Assembly (NCBI RefSeq): GCF_018350175.1
Contig: NC_058368.1
Coordinates: forward strand, 16,494,001 to 16,558,000
Direction of reading: 5' to 3'
DNA length: 64,000 nucleotides
Source of the DNA: Felis catus
Lineage: Eukaryota
How positions within the stretch are numbered: position 1 is the first letter of the stretch; each line of letters opens with the position of its first letter. Under the pieces are notes generated by a model that saw nothing but the letters and a program-made list of their open reading frames with translations, made no database searches and was not told where the DNA came from. Shown piece after piece: positions 39,956 through 54,329 of this stretch. Both the position numbers and the translations under genes were made by a program.

Positions 39956-40379
39956 GTCTATGTACTGTCAGGGTGGTAATTGTTGTCTTTAGCCCAAGAC
40001 AAAAAGAAATGTATCTTTTAGTGATAGCAAAAATAATATAAAATGCTTAAATTTGGATGCACATATAAAATTTTTGATAACTATATGACCCCTTTATTTT
40101 AAAAAATACCACTTACATTACTTCAAGAGGTAAGAAAGGATACTGTGTGGCTTAGGGGTTACTGCTGGTAGTGGCTGTGGTGGGATGTGTGTGTATGTGT
40201 GTGGGGGAGGGGAAGAAAGAGAGAGAAAGAGGTAATTGAACTTGTATTGAAAGTTGTTGTAGTAATACATCAATAGGGAAGCATGACAGATCAGTGCAGG
40301 AAACAGAAAAATAATAAATAATGTTGACACAACTGGTTAGAAGTTTTGGAAATAATTATTTTGGAACGCCATGAACATA

Positions 40380-41200
40380 GATTCTAAATGAATTTAAAAG
40401 TGAAATATTGAAACAAATGAAATTTCAATGGCGAAGAGTTTTCTAAGCAAAAAGCATTCGAGAAATGACTATGAGAAAGACTTATGCATACAAAGAATTA
40501 AAAAAACTTAGTATCCAAACATAATACACAAAATTAAAAGGCAAAACAAGGGTAATTATTCAAAATAAATATGACTGAGAAGAGCATATTAAATAGAAAA
40601 GAAAAACACTAAGATTAAAAGAATAAAAAGACCAGCCTCCTCAGAGAAAAAGAAATCCAAGTGGAAAATATCATTTGAAAATGCATTCTACTTTTCTGAC
40701 CTCTAAAATGGAGAAGTTTACCAGCACAATAAAAGATATCGCCTGCAAAATGTGATCAGATTAAATACAAAAGAATAGCCAATACCAGAAAGGATTCGGT
40801 GAAAATACTTCTCTTATAAGTTGCTGGTGATAGTTTAAACTGAAAAGGAATTGGAAATATGTGTGTCCATCTTTGGAAGGGTTCAAGCCCTTCACCCTAG
40901 GAGTATCTCTTCCAGGAATTCACCCTGGAGTTATATTTTACAAGGCAGGCAATAGTTACAAGGCAGACATAAATAAGAATTTTTATTTATGCACACAAAA
41001 GAAAAAATAACTGTTATCTATTGTTGGAAACAACTGGAGAGACTCAAAAGTCAATAATTGTCAGCTAGTTCAATTAAAAGCTGAATATTCATTTAATAAA
41101 AAATGTGTAGCTATTAAAATAACATGTTTTAAAGGTTAATGTCACACAAAATAATCATATTATGATACGTGCTAATCATGGATAACATTTCAACACAAGA
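40380..41200 (+). mobile_element. Degraded old L1 3' region
   Basis: Decayed motifs (ttttctaagc; aaaattaaaaggcaaa; ttgctggtgatagtttaaactg; gtagctattaaaa). Confidence 0.5.
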
Positions 41201-41280
41201 TTAGCATCTGCAACAATGATAAACTTATAAGAAGGAGATAACTATACTCACAATTAAGAAAGGTTACCTATGTGGGGTCG

Positions 41281-41478
41281 GGGGGATGCCTGGGTGGCTC
41301 AGTTGGTTAAGTGTCTGACTCTTGATTTCAGCTCAGGTCATGATCTCATGGTTTGTGAGTTCAAGCCCTATCTTGGGAACTGTGCTGACAGTGTGGAGTC
41401 TGTTTGGGATTCTCACTCTCCCTCTCTCTCTGCCCCTCGCCAATCATGTTCTCTCTCAAAATAAACAAATAAACTTGA

Positions 41479-41518
<40 letters not shown>

Positions 41519-41530
41519 AGAGAAAAAGAG
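41281..41530 (+). mobile_element. Can-SINE with (GAAA)n tail
   Basis: TSD aagaaaggttacctatg on both flanks. Confidence 0.9.
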
Positions 41531-41757
41531 AGAAAGAAAGGTTACCTATGGGTAATAGGTGGTTTTTGTTCTGATTTACATTTTCTAGGTTTTTGATAAA
41601 GATGATACAATGATTTTAGTTTTTAAAACAGTCAAAGCAGAATACAATGTTCCTCTTTATTGATTTTTATAATATGCCAGAGAATATTGTTTTAACATTA
41701 CCATGGGAGCTCTTAGCATTTGGGGGGATAAAAGTAGATGCCCCTGTAACCTCTGAG

Positions 41758-41769
41758 ATATACACACAC

Positions 41770-41821
<52 letters not shown>

Positions 41822-41872
41822 TATGGCATATAATTTATGATATACAAAATTATGATATATAATATATATATC

Positions 41873-41903
<31 letters not shown>

Positions 41904-41963
41904 TATACATATATATATGTATGGGGTGCCTGCGTGGTGGTATATATATATATACCTGTGTGG

Positions 41964-42007
<44 letters not shown>

Positions 42008-42170
42008 TACACACACACACACATACATTTATATATATTTTTATATATTTATATATATTTATATATTTTTATATATTTATATATATTTATATGCTTATAT
42101 ATATAAATATATAAATATATACTTATATATTTATATATATATATGGTGGTATATTTATATACCTGGGTGG

Positions 42171-42219
<49 letters not shown>

Positions 42220-42222
42220 TAT
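41758..42222. repeat. About 460-bp complex (TA)n/(CA)n low-complexity tract
   Basis: Direct inspection; contains SINE-head-like islands. Confidence 0.95.
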
Positions 42223-45200
42223 AATTTTTGTGTGTTTAGAGGCTGAATCCACAATTGTTTCCAAATCCATTGTTTTCTATATTCCTATAACAACCTGTCC
42301 TTTTCCTATAAAAAGGAAAGGATAGGCTTTTTTTTCCCCCCATTTCCAGTTACTGGAGATAGCATGGTGAGACTATTATCAAGGTTCCAACTTGTAAATC
42401 CTGAAGCTAATTTATTTTTATTAGTCCACTGCAGTTTCAGGCAAAGGATCACCTTCGGTGAAGCAGTGTCCTCTCTATCTGAGTGCACAGTCTTTAAAGG
42501 AAAATACATGAAGTGGGTGGGAGTGACAGAGGACAATCTGATCAATTGTTTCAATCCTAAAGACAAATTAGTTCACTAGGGTGCATGAGTGTCACATCTG
42601 CCTGATGACAGCTGGAAATCTTTACTCCTTCATGTGTTGGTTCAAGTACTCAAAGATTTATTACGGCTTCTTCTGTAGCAGATCAAGACTATTTTGCAGG
42701 CTGAGGATATAAAGTGAAATAAAACACAGTCCCCGATGGGTGAATTTTTTGTGGTATGTAAATTATGTCTCAATAGAGCATTGAAAATAACAGCAAGAAA
42801 TCCCAGACCTCAGGGAGAATGCTGTTAGGTGGAGAAGGAGCGTTGTCCATAACTGATAGTAAATACCATATGGTAATCCATACATTATAGATTTATATAC
42901 TGTTTCCTTGGGATTTACAAGAGAAAGCCATTAGTTGTAGGCGTGCCATGGAGGGTGTAAAAATGGTTGTAAGAGGAGATGGACTTTTACCTAAATATCT
43001 GTGTAGTTATTTCCCTAGTGACTATATAGAAGCAGAGAATTCTGGGAAGAGGAGGCAAAGCGTTTAAAGGAATGGAGATGAAAAAAAGCTCCTCATTCTG
43101 TACTAGTCTCCCCTCCTAGAATAAGTGGCCATACTTTTACACAATGGCTTTCCTGTTATGTCTTTTAGAATTTGTTATCCCAATTTTGTTCTGAATCATT
43201 TAGTGACCCTTATTGTTTCCCACCAAACACTGTTCCTGTTAGTGATTGTATAAATTTGGGCATGTGAAAGAATGATAGAAAGTCACAGAAAAAGATAATT
43301 AAGTTTCTGTGGCTCAGAAAAGTTTAAAAACTTCTGCCAGTTCACACCGCCAGTAAGTATTGCATCCAGAAGATGCATCAAAGGGATGAGCAATGAAAAT
43401 ACTAATGGTTTCAATGGGAAATCAGAGCCAGACTTGTCTCTCATTCTTCTATCTCACATTCCCAATCAACTTTTGGTCTAGGCAGGTAGGAGCCAGAGTT
43501 CCACTAGGGCTGCTTCTGAATGAAGCTGGTCCCTTCATGTCCCTAGGGACTTTGTTCTTGCCTTGTTGTTTAGATCTCCACAGATTAAGATTTTACTGGA
43601 AACACCAGTCCCTTGAAACAACAAAACAGTAACGCAACAGAAACAACAGCACTTACTGAACACAGTATGTACCAAGCACCGTCCTTTTACATATATGAAC
43701 TCAATTAATTCTTGGGAAAACCCCCTGCAGTAAACATTACTAGTGCCCCTTGGGACGGATATTGGGACCAAATAACATGATAAAATCACAAGGGCTTGAT
43801 ACATGTGTTACTGATCCTATACTCATTTTTCCTTATCCTGTGTTACATGTTTTGCCTTTACTCTGTTACTGAATGTCCATTCAGTTTCTCACCACCTGGG
43901 TTTTTATCATGCACCTCAATTCTCTACTGAATGCATTACCCATGTAGTAAGTGGATCTCGTAATTCTGAACCTCAGTTTCTTCATTACTATTACTTTCAG
44001 AAAGTTCTTTTGAGTCCTTACCAACACTACTCGACCTTCCTTAAATGCTAGCCAGTCTCTCAGATCTTACGCTTCTTTGCAAATTGAGTCTTCGCTGTGA
44101 TATTGAGCTGTACTCAAGGTAATGAAATCCTATTTGTCACACCTCCATTGGCTCTTCACCTGCTAAGGAATATTTCCAGGTTCATAGACTGATAGATCCC
44201 TAATCTCTTCCTTCCCACTTTCTCGTCTCTGCCTCTCAGTTAACCTGGTTCAGTTCACCATGGATGCAACCAAGAAAAGGTAGCATTATTTAGTCCTTTG
44301 CTCATTGTTAGAAGGTGCAGGAGGGTCAAAAATGTATCCTCCACCCTGAGAAGGTACTTTAATATAGAAAATCAAAGCAAACTACCTCATACCTTTTACA
44401 CAGAGTTTTATTCAGGGTAACTTACCTACAGGGGCAATGGGTGAGCAGAAGATCCAGGGCCCTGTGTATGTAGGTATTCCCCCACCCCTAGTCTCCCCCA
44501 AGTCCAGACCTTAATCCCCAGCTTTTATGGAGTGAGGAGCGTGATGGTGAGGTCACAAGGTTGTTATCTAAAGTGGGGCCCTCTGTGCACCAGTGTGGAG
44601 AACAAGATGGAGGGCCAAAGATGGAATCAGTGTTAATAGCACTGCTACATTCATGTGAGATGTAGCAATGGTAAATAACTGAGAGTTTCACTCTCAATGT
44701 TAAATTGAGCCCAGAAGGTTAAAACTCAGTAGGATTGTGCGGCATGCTAACTCTTACTTCCTTCACTATATGGAGAGTAGTTCAGATTGAGTATTTAACA
44801 TTCTAAAAGCACTCTACAGTTAACAGAAAAGTAGAAGGTGTAAATATTGTAAAATGCAATCTCTTCCTTTTGTCTTGAACTTTAAAATCTTTTACTCAAT
44901 CTTTTCATGTCCTTAGAATTAACTGAGTTTATTTCTACACTGAACTCAAGCATCAGTTATGCAAATCAAAGGCAAATTAGGTTTTTTTTAAACTAGATTG
45001 CTTAGAATACTCTTCATAAAGGTTCATTATGCACAAGGAATTTAGCATCTCTTAAATACCTCCAACAAGTATAGTAATTACCATAGCAACTTAAAAGATT
45101 AAATTTATTTGGCAAAGCAGTTTTTCCAGGTTATTTGGTTATTGTCCAAATTTGTGATAGATTTGCTGTCCGGAGAATTTTGTTATTCTATGCAGTTATT

Positions 45201-45323
45201 AATCCTATGACATTATGATCATTTTAATGATATAAAGCTGTATTATGATTTCTAAATACTCATCCTAGAAGTTTATTTCTTTAGTATATTGGAATACTTA
45301 AGACTACACTTAAACCTGCTTTC

Positions 45324-45490
45324 TTTTTTAACGTTTATTTATTTTGGTGGGGGAGGGGCAGAGAGAGAGGGAGAGAGAGAATCCCAAGCAGGCTCAGTGC
45401 TGTCGGCACACAGCCGGACACAAGGCTTGATCCCATGAACTGTGAGATCATGACCTGACTGCTTAACTGACTGAGTCACCCAGGCACCCC
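45324..45490 (-). mobile_element. Can-SINE
   Basis: Head ends caggcacccc; imperfect TSD ttaaa..tgcttt. Confidence 0.88.
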
Positions 45491-45785
45491 TTAAATGTGC
45501 TTTTATTAGCAGGCATGTTAACAATTTCTTTTAAATTCAATTAGCTCTATGCTTTGGATGTTTAACAGATATGATAGGATTATTTACATAAATGGCACAG
45601 CTTATTTTCTATCAAGTCTTCATTTAGCTTTCACTAAATAAAACAAGTTTTCTTTAAGTCAGTTCTCCTGTTATTCCAAAGGTTGGCATAAACTAATCAC
45701 AAGTATTGATTAAGAAATGAGAACAAGCTATCAACTATTTCATCAAATCCCCCATTCCACTCTGGCTCCATTACAAACAGCTCTT

Positions 45786-46026
45786 GGGGCGCCTGGGTGG
45801 CTCAGTCAGTTAAGCATCTGACTTCAGCTCAGTCATGATCTCAGGTTCGTGAGTTCAAGCCCCGCATCAGGCTGTATGCTGACAGCTCAGAGCCTGGAGC
45901 CTGCTTCTGACTATCTCCTTCTCTCTCTGCCCCTCCCCCGCCCATACTCTGTCTCTCAAAAATAAATAAAACATTAGAAAAACAAAAGTAAAAAAAAACA
46001 AACAAAAGAAAAAAAGAAAAGAAAAA
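45786..46026 (+). mobile_element. Can-SINE
   Basis: TSD acaaacagctctt. Confidence 0.92.
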
Positions 46027-48081
46027 CAAACAGCTCTTAAATCTCTGCTAATTTTTTCTGCTTCTTGGGGAAGCAGAAATTTGAGGAAAATTGAGATCTA
46101 CTCTGATTCTGATAGATATGATCCCACACCCCTTCTGGTAAAACAGTTTTGTAAGCAGTTGCTGATTTATTAAACTTACCATGAAAGTGAAGATGGGGGG
46201 TAGATATTTTAGATGTGAATTTTCCATTTTCCACTCCAAATTAGAATTCAAAAGTGTCATGATATTAAAAACTTTGTAGGCTCTCTGTATGCACTGGTGG
46301 AACATTTAGATGAGAAGTGAAAAAATATTTCCATCAATCAAATATTTTTGCCTACATAGTATCAGAAATTGGAATATCTATAAATATTTGCTTTTCTTAC
46401 TTTGAGCCAGATGTTTGACACATTACAGTTACAGCTCTCTGCCGCTGAAACCTTCTGTCACTTAATCTCAGATTGGCCACTTCTCCCAGAGACTTAGTCT
46501 CTTTATCAGTCGAGGCAGAGAATGACGCCCATGCAGGGTTGGTTGTTAGTATATAAATGTATAGTACGATGTAAAAAAGCGTCTGATACACAGGTATTGG
46601 TGGTGATTATATTTAGTTTCACTGAATTTTCACCTGGAAAATTGCTAGATGTGAGCTCATGAAAAAAAAAATTGTCCTTTTTTTTGTTTTGTTTAAATTG
46701 AGCTTAAATTTTCCTAAATTAAGACAAAGGTAAATAGCACATTTATTCCATGAGATACGTAATAGAAATGCAATGATCTGTCGATAGTCTTATTTTTTAA
46801 TGCAAGAAATATTTATTAATTTTATAAAATCAGTTCTCAGACTAGAGAGAGATATTGATTAGCTAGGTTCAGAGTTTACGAGAGAACCAATTTCTAATAA
46901 TCTACCATCATCCCATGCATTTAATATTTACCTGTCAGCTTCAGTTTTATAAGGTTGGGAAAGAATAACTGTGTCTCATAAAATTAATGAGGATATGAAT
47001 GAATTACTTTTACTTGAGGTATTCTCCAAGATGCAACATACTTAGATAGGTAGATGGGTTTAAGAGCTGTTAAGATAAAATATATACATTTGTAAACAAA
47101 TTAATTTTTACCAATTATTTAATTTTTAATAAAAACGGAACTAACAGAACACCAAATAAGAGTAATTCTCATATTATGAACCAGTGTAAATGAGAAAGTT
47201 ATGATACAATATTTGATACTTTAAACTTTGTGGCATAAATTAATATGAATTTCATAAATCTATATTTTGAATCAATAGTCCCACAAGAAGAGTATTTCTC
47301 TTCTATATAAAGGCTTGGTTTTTTAAGCTAAAAATCAGTCAAATCTTTTAAAGAAAATAAAATTTTCAATATTTCAAATTTATGAAGAGTAATCTACTAA
47401 TAAATCATATATACAATAGTAAGCAATTGATTTCACACACTGCAACTGATCAAGCATTTCACCATCTTTCTTTTGACAGGAAATATTTGGAAGAACATTT
47501 GTCTAAGCTTAAAGTCAGTCCAAATCTTACCTGTGCTGTAAGGAGGGAATATGCTCCAAATGTAAACATATTTATTGTTACTACAGAATATAACAAAATT
47601 TTTTCTAAAACTGTTTTTACTAGATAAGGAAGATACCTCCATAATGGCAATATTTTAAAAATTGGGTGTTCTCTCTTTAGCAGAAGATCTATGTAAGCTA
47701 CCTTGAAAGATAGTATAAAATTGTTCACAAAATAGCCAGAATAAATGAAAAGATCATAGTAGATAGATATTCCACTACATCAGCCTTCATTCCACTCTAG
47801 TTGAACGACAACTGGGAACCATAGTTGTGCAGATCCTTTACACTGGATTTGTAAGACATTCACTTACATTTATAAAATTAAAGTAGGGCTTAATTATGGC
47901 CTCTGGTAAGTTAAGAAAAAGAAGACATGAATCTTTTATTCCAATATCCCATTATTGAATACAATAATAAAGTCAGATACTTAGAACAATTAGTTATTTA
48001 TTCTCTCATTTATTCATCCATGGAAACTTTATTGAACCTCTACTATCTTTGGGCACTAAACTGAGAATTAAAACACATAAA

Positions 48082-49260
48082 GACATGACTGAATGGAAGA
48101 AGATATTTGCAAATAATATATCTGATAAGAGGCTAGTATCCAAAATATATAAAGAACTTATTCAACTCAACACCAAAAAAAATGCCATAAATAATCCAAT
48201 TAAAAATGGGCAGAAGGGGTCCTTGGATGGCTCAGTTGGTTAAGCATCTGACTTTGGCTCAGGTAATGATCTTGCACTCTGTGAGTTCAAGCCCTGTGTC
48301 TCAGGCTCTGTGCTGACAGCTCAGAGCCTGGAGGCTGCTTTATATTCTGTGTCTCCCTCTCTCTCTGCCCCTTCCTCCCTACCTCTCAAAAGTAAATAAA
48401 CATTAAAAAAATTTTTTTAATGGGCAGAAGACATGAACAGATATGTTTCCAAAGAAGACATCCATATGGCCAACAGACATATGAAAAATGCTCAACATCA
48501 TTGATCATCAGGGAAATGCAAATAACCACAGTTATCACCTCACATCTGCCAGAATGGCCAAAATCAAAATCACAAAAAACAAGTGTTGACAAGGATGTGA
48601 AGAAAAAGGAACACTTGTGCACTGTTGGTGGGAATGCAAAGTGGTGCAGTCACTGTTAAAAACAGTATGGAGGTCCCTGAAAAAGTTAAAAATAGAATTA
48701 CCATATGATCCAATAATTCCACTACTGGCTATTTACCCAAAGAATATGAAAACACTAATTCAACAAGACATATGCACCCCTGTGTTTATTGTAGCGTTAT
48801 TTACAACAGCCAAATTATAAAAGCAGCCCGAATGTCCATTGATAGACAAATGGATAAAGAATAGTAACACACAGACACACAGACACACACACACCCTGGA
48901 ATATTACTCATATTACTCAATAATAAAAGAATGAAATCTTGCCATTTGTAACAATATCAATGGAGCTACAGAGTATAATGTTAAGTAAAATATGAGAAAG
49001 ACAAATACCATATGATTTCACTCAAATGTGTAATTTAAGAAGCAAAACAAATGAACAAAGGTAGAGAGAAACTATAGAGAACAAACTGATGGTTACCAGA
49101 AGGAGGTAGGTGGGGGGATGGGTGAAACAGATGAAGAGAATTAAGAGTGCACTTACCATGAAGAGGACTGAGTAATGTATGGAATTATTGAATCACTATA
49201 TTGTACACCTGAAACTAATATAACACTGTGTGGTCACTAAACCAAAATTAAAATTAAAAA
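48082..49260 (+). mobile_element. 5'-truncated carnivore L1 (ORF2 C-terminus and 3'UTR), interrupted by SINE
   Basis: Translated pieces [28 protein letters not shown] and [41 protein letters not shown]; 3'UTR ending aattaaaattaaaaa. Confidence 0.9.
48216..48418 (+). mobile_element. Can-SINE nested in L1
   Basis: TSD aatgggcagaag (48205-48216, 48419-48430); L1 resumes after it. Confidence 0.92.
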
Positions 49261-49425
49261 ATACACATGTACATATGAAAATATGGTTCTTCCTTTTAGG
49301 AAGCTCATATTTTTAGATGATGAGAAAGCTACATAAATTATCAGGTATAATATGATGAGTGCAAAAATATATTTAGAAAGACTTACAGATACTTGGAAAG
49401 CATCACATAAAGGCAATATTTGTGA

Positions 49426-49575
49426 TTTTTTTAAGTTTATTTATTTAGTTTGAGAGAGAGAGAGAGGGAGAGAGAGAGAGAGAGAGGCAGGGGAGGGGCA
49501 GAGAGAGAGGTAGATAATGACCTGAAGCGAAATCAAGAGACGGACACTTAAATGACTGAGCCAGTGAGGCACCCC
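49426..49575 (-). mobile_element. Can-SINE with internal deletion
   Basis: Head and (GA)n tail present, middle missing; TSD aaagg(c/t)aatatttg. Confidence 0.8.
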
Positions 49576-49867
49576 AGAAAGGTAATATTTGGACTACATT
49601 TTGAAGGATAAAAAATGTGTCAGGTAGGGGACAAAAAAGTTCATTTTTGGAAGATGGAAACAGTGCAAGGATGGAATCATAAAAACCCCACGTATACTTA
49701 GAGGAAGTAATTTGGCTAGATGGAGTTCTGGAATGACATATAAATCAAAGAAGATAATTCTATGGCAATGTAATTTTTTATTATAAAGTACATTAATTAA
49801 TTCATTTAAAAAGCTATTGAATGCCTAATCTATGCTAGGAACTGGATTTAAAACACTCCCACTATTT

Positions 49868-51560
49868 TCTTTTTAATTTTGAAATAATTTTAGATTTACA
49901 GGAATTGCAAAGACGGTACAGAGAGTTCCTCCAATGTTAATGTCTTACATGAGCATGATCTTCTACCAAAAATAAGAAATTGATGTTGGCAAAATACTGT
50001 TAACTTGTTGACAGACTTGATTATGATTTTACCTTTTTTCCCCTTCTCATATCTTACTTTCTTCTGGGATCCATCTCGTACACTGCACTTAGTCACCATG
50101 TCTCCTTAATCCCATCTGTATCAGTCTCTCCATTTTTCCTCGACTTTCATGACCTTGACACTTTTGAAGATTACTGGTCAGGTGTTTTGTAGAATGTCCC
50201 TCAATTTGAGTTTGTCTGCTTTTCCTCACAATTAAACTGATATTACAGAACATGGGGAAAAGATGCCACAGAAGTGATGTGGCCATCTCATGGTGTCACT
50301 GCACAATATGAACACGACTTATTACTGACAATGTTAACCTTGATCGCTCCATGAGGTCATGGCTGCCAACTTTCTACACTCTTCTATTTGATAGAAGCGA
50401 ATCAATAGTCCGACTCATGTTCAAGGTGAAGGGAATTAAGCTTCACCTGCCGGGAGGATTATTAAAGAGTTTTTGGACATATGTTAAAACCACTATGACA
50501 ATTAATAATATCTTGGGGAGATACTTTGAGGTAATGAAAATATCATTTTCCCCCTTGAAGTCTTGCCTACTGATTTATTTCAGCATCCATCTGCAGATTC
50601 TGCCTGTGGCAATTATGAGTATGGCACCCTAATGGTGATTTTCTATTTCTCTCATTCCTTCCATATTTACTACTTGGAATTCTACTTTAAGGAAAGTTTG
50701 TCCTCTCTACCCTTATTTATTCATTCATTCAATTATTTATTTATATTGTCATGGATTTGTGGATATTTATTTTATTTTTGAGTTATAATACTATTGCCTA
50801 TTTCTCTTGTTGCTCAAACTGTTTTAGCTTTGACCATGGGAAGCTCTGTCAGGCACCTGTGTTCTCTTGACATGCCTTTACTGTTTTAACTTATTCATTT
50901 GTTGAACACTTCCTTACTTTCTGACACGACACAATGCTCCAGGCTCATTTGTATTTTTCTTGTCCCAATCCTGGATATACCATTTTTCAAAAGTGCCCCA
51001 GATCCTTTTACTGGAGCGTGGTGTTTAAACATTACTCTCTGGATGCTAGGTGTGAATGCCGTTCCTAGGGTATCAGTGAGGTTCATTCTGGTCTTTCCCT
51101 TTACTTATTTTAACTTCTTTTTCTGACAATAAGAAACCTGGCTCTCAGGGTGCCTGGGTGGCTCAGTCTGTTAAGCATCACACTCTTGATATTGACTCAG
51201 GTCATGATCTCACGGTTCGTGGGATCGAGCCCTGCAAAGGGCTCTGTGCTGACAGTATGGGGCCTGCTTGGGATCTTTCTCCCCACTCTTTCTTTCCCTT
51301 CCCAGGTCATGACCTCACATGTTTTCTCTCTCAAAATAAACAATAAATATTTAAAAAAGAAACCTGGCTCAATATTTCTACAAAATATTAACTTATTCAT
51401 TGAACCTCAGTCCACACATAAAATAGTGTCAGTATACTAGACCATACCCCTGTGAGAAAAATATTATCAACCAGAGCACAGAGTTTTTGCATGATTCTTT
51501 GTGTCTGAGCCTTGTAATAGCTAGACAAAACATCATTTTCCAATGTTATTTAGGTTATTT
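49868..51560 (-). mobile_element. Old L1 3'UTR (L1MC/L1MD-like), interrupted by SINE
   Basis: tttaattttgaaataattttagatttacag; tttgtagaatgtccctcaatttg; cttccttactttctgacac...tgctccaggctcat. Confidence 0.75.
51148..51358 (+). mobile_element. Can-SINE
   Basis: TSD aagaaacctggctc. Confidence 0.9.
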
Positions 51561-52765
51561 CCATTCTTCCCCATCACTCCTTTTTTTTTTAATTTCCACA
51601 ATTCAAAGGAGATCGAGCATTAACAAATTATTGTGTGAGACAAAAGATGTAAAGTTCATGCTAGATCCCTTAAAGCAAAGGGAAGAACCCTTGCTTGTGT
51701 TAATAATGGTGAAGAAACATCCCCTAACTTAAACATGACATGTCAATATTATTGAGTATCCTGATGTATGGAAACCAATTAATATTTGTCATAAAGTAAA
51801 CATCATTAAATTGGCATTGGTAAAATAAAACATTTATGCATTCAAAGAGTATTACTGAGACTTTAATATATATTTGGCAATGCACTAGTGAAGTTTAAGA
51901 AGATATGATGTAGTCCTTCCTTAAAAGAAGTATCTGTATACGAGTCAGTGCTGTTCTAAGGACACACATAAAAAGAAGTGGCTGTGAGGTGCCATGCAGG
52001 AGTCATGGAGTACTTATTAAATCTGTAACCTGTTACAGCCTAAAGAGACCTTTAAGTGTATAATATAGAAAGCAGTGACAACAATTTTCACACATTGGGG
52101 TTCTGTTTTCAGGGTGGATTCTTTGGAAATCATTCTCATCCTGCCAAAGATCAGAAACCACTAAAATCTTCTCAACAAATGTCAGAGGAAAATAATGGTC
52201 ACAATATTCACACAGCAAACAGATAAAGTAAAGAGACCAAGAATCTGAGAAACATAGAAGTTAAGTATTTTGTAGAAAATGTACTGGGAGCTCCAACATT
52301 ACGCACCTCTGTTCAATAACAGTGGCTACAGGAATACAATTGTTCAACTTGGTTATCCCCAACTCAACTTCATCAACTTGGTTTTCACCACCTGAATTTC
52401 AAGCATCCCCTATTCTTGCAAGAATTTCCAGACCCTCCATACTCCCAGTAATGGCAGGTTCAGGAAGATTTTTCATTTCCATTCCCTGATGCTGGACTCT
52501 CATACTTCTCTTAGCAAATAGATTCTCTAGACATTTAAAACTTCCATTGTATTCCTTGATTTTCTATTTTTTTCTCCCAACATACCTTAATACATTCTCC
52601 TTAACAGCAGGGACTGCTTTGCTGATCCCTTTATTCCCACTACGTATCCTATAACTATCAGCTTTGTTTTGTCAAGCAAATGAATCAATACTGTGCACTT
52701 GAGCTATAGCCAAGAGCAGGTAGAGATGAAGTATTCTTACAATTTGCATTAGAAAATCTCTAGAC

Positions 52766-52992
52766 GGGGCGCCTGGGTGGCGCAGTCGGTTAAGCGTCCG
52801 ACTTCAGCCAGGTCACGATCTCGCGGTCCGTGAGTTCGAGCCCCGCGTCAGGCTCTGGGCTGATGGCTCGGAGCCTGGAGCCTGTTTCCGATTCTGTGTC
52901 TCCCTCTCTCTCTGCCCCTCCCCCGTTCATGCTCTGTCTCTCTCTGTCTCAAAAAATAAATAAACGTTGAAAAAAAAAAAAAAAAAAAAAAA
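52766..52992 (+). mobile_element. Very young felid Can-SINE
   Basis: CpGs intact, pure poly-A of about 23 nt, perfect 15-bp TSD agaaaatctctagac (52751-52765, 52993-53007). Confidence 0.96.
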
Positions 52993-53624
52993 AGAAAATC
53001 TCTAGACAAAGAAGAGACTATTCTAAAGCAGAAGTGTGGAACACTAAGGTGGATAAACAAACGATGATAAGTAAATTGTCAAAAGCAAATCTAAACTTCA
53101 GAAGAAATATTGTATTTGTTACATGTATTAAAGACTTCCCCAATTTTTTGGTAAAAGTAATTGAATGTTTAAAAAAAGTACATATTTTATATTTTTATAG
53201 TTTTAAATATACAAATATGCTTATTACATATATAAGCTCATGCAATTCTTTTTCCAAAATATGAACGGTAATTCTCAACTCATCGTTTAAAAAAATCCAA
53301 ACAAAAGAATCTCCTTCTTGCTGTATTAGGTGGACCCTCTTAGAAAATGATCATCAATTTGTAGAGCCCAACATGGGCCAAACATATAAGTAGTTCCTCT
53401 TTACAAAGTCATATCTCACAAAGGCCTTTGCATCTCAGGAGCACATTATTATAGTATGCATCTAAGGTGCATATTATAGGAGCACGTAAGAGGGAGAGAT
53501 TAATATTTTCCCTTGTGAGGCTTACAAGAGCTTCATGGAAAAGGGCTAAGTGTGATTTTGACAAATAGAAAAATGTGGGAAAGAAATTCTGTACATAAAA
53601 AAAGCTCTGCCATTTTATTGACAA

Positions 53625-54190
53625 TTCATTTTTTTCATTCAGTACCTGTGTACTCCACAGTTAGTAGGTGAGACTATACAAAGTACTGAGAATACTGGTG
53701 TAAGTCAGTCAGATCTGGCCACTGCCTTTCTGGAACATGTATCACATGATGGGGAGATAGAACCAATTTAACAAGATAACCATGATGCTCACCAGGAAGT
53801 GCAGACCAATAAAACGGGTGACATGATACTTAGCATCTGTGTGACTACTTTAGTCCCATTACTGTGCTGGGGGAAGTTTACTGGGCTCTGAATGACGTGA
53901 GGAGTGTGCCTTGGGAAGATGAAAGGGAACAACAGCAGCTGTAGACGGAGGAAGTAAAGCCCGGCTCCAAGGCTGGAAGGAGCTTGGCTTGTTCCTTCCG
54001 GGTTCAGACTGAAGGTCAGTGTTGTGGGAGCACTGGGAGGATGATCTGAGATGTGTGCAGGAAGGCATTACCAAGACCACCAAGATAGACATCTTGTTAA
54101 CAATGGACTTCAAGATCTTCCAGGTAATTGAGAACTGTGATCTAGAACCACAAAATCAGAGCGGATACAGAATTGTCTGGAAGGTAAAAT
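53625..54190 (-). mobile_element. L2 fragment
   Basis: ttcattcagtacctgtg...; decayed antisense L2 motifs. Confidence 0.5.
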
Positions 54191-54329
54191 ACAGATAGTA
54201 AGATTCCTGATGGTCTGGATATTTAAGAAATCCTTTAGGTACTAGGAAGTAAGGGCTGTACTGGAGCAGGGAACTGATTAGAAACTTCCAGAGAAGAACT
54301 ACAGTAAAAAAAAAAAAAAAAAAGCTGAC

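Noticed and set aside
41657..42325. Multiple YIYIYI/CVCV ORFs (also at 16568, 22030, 36085)
   Set aside because: Dinucleotide microsatellites lack stop codons.
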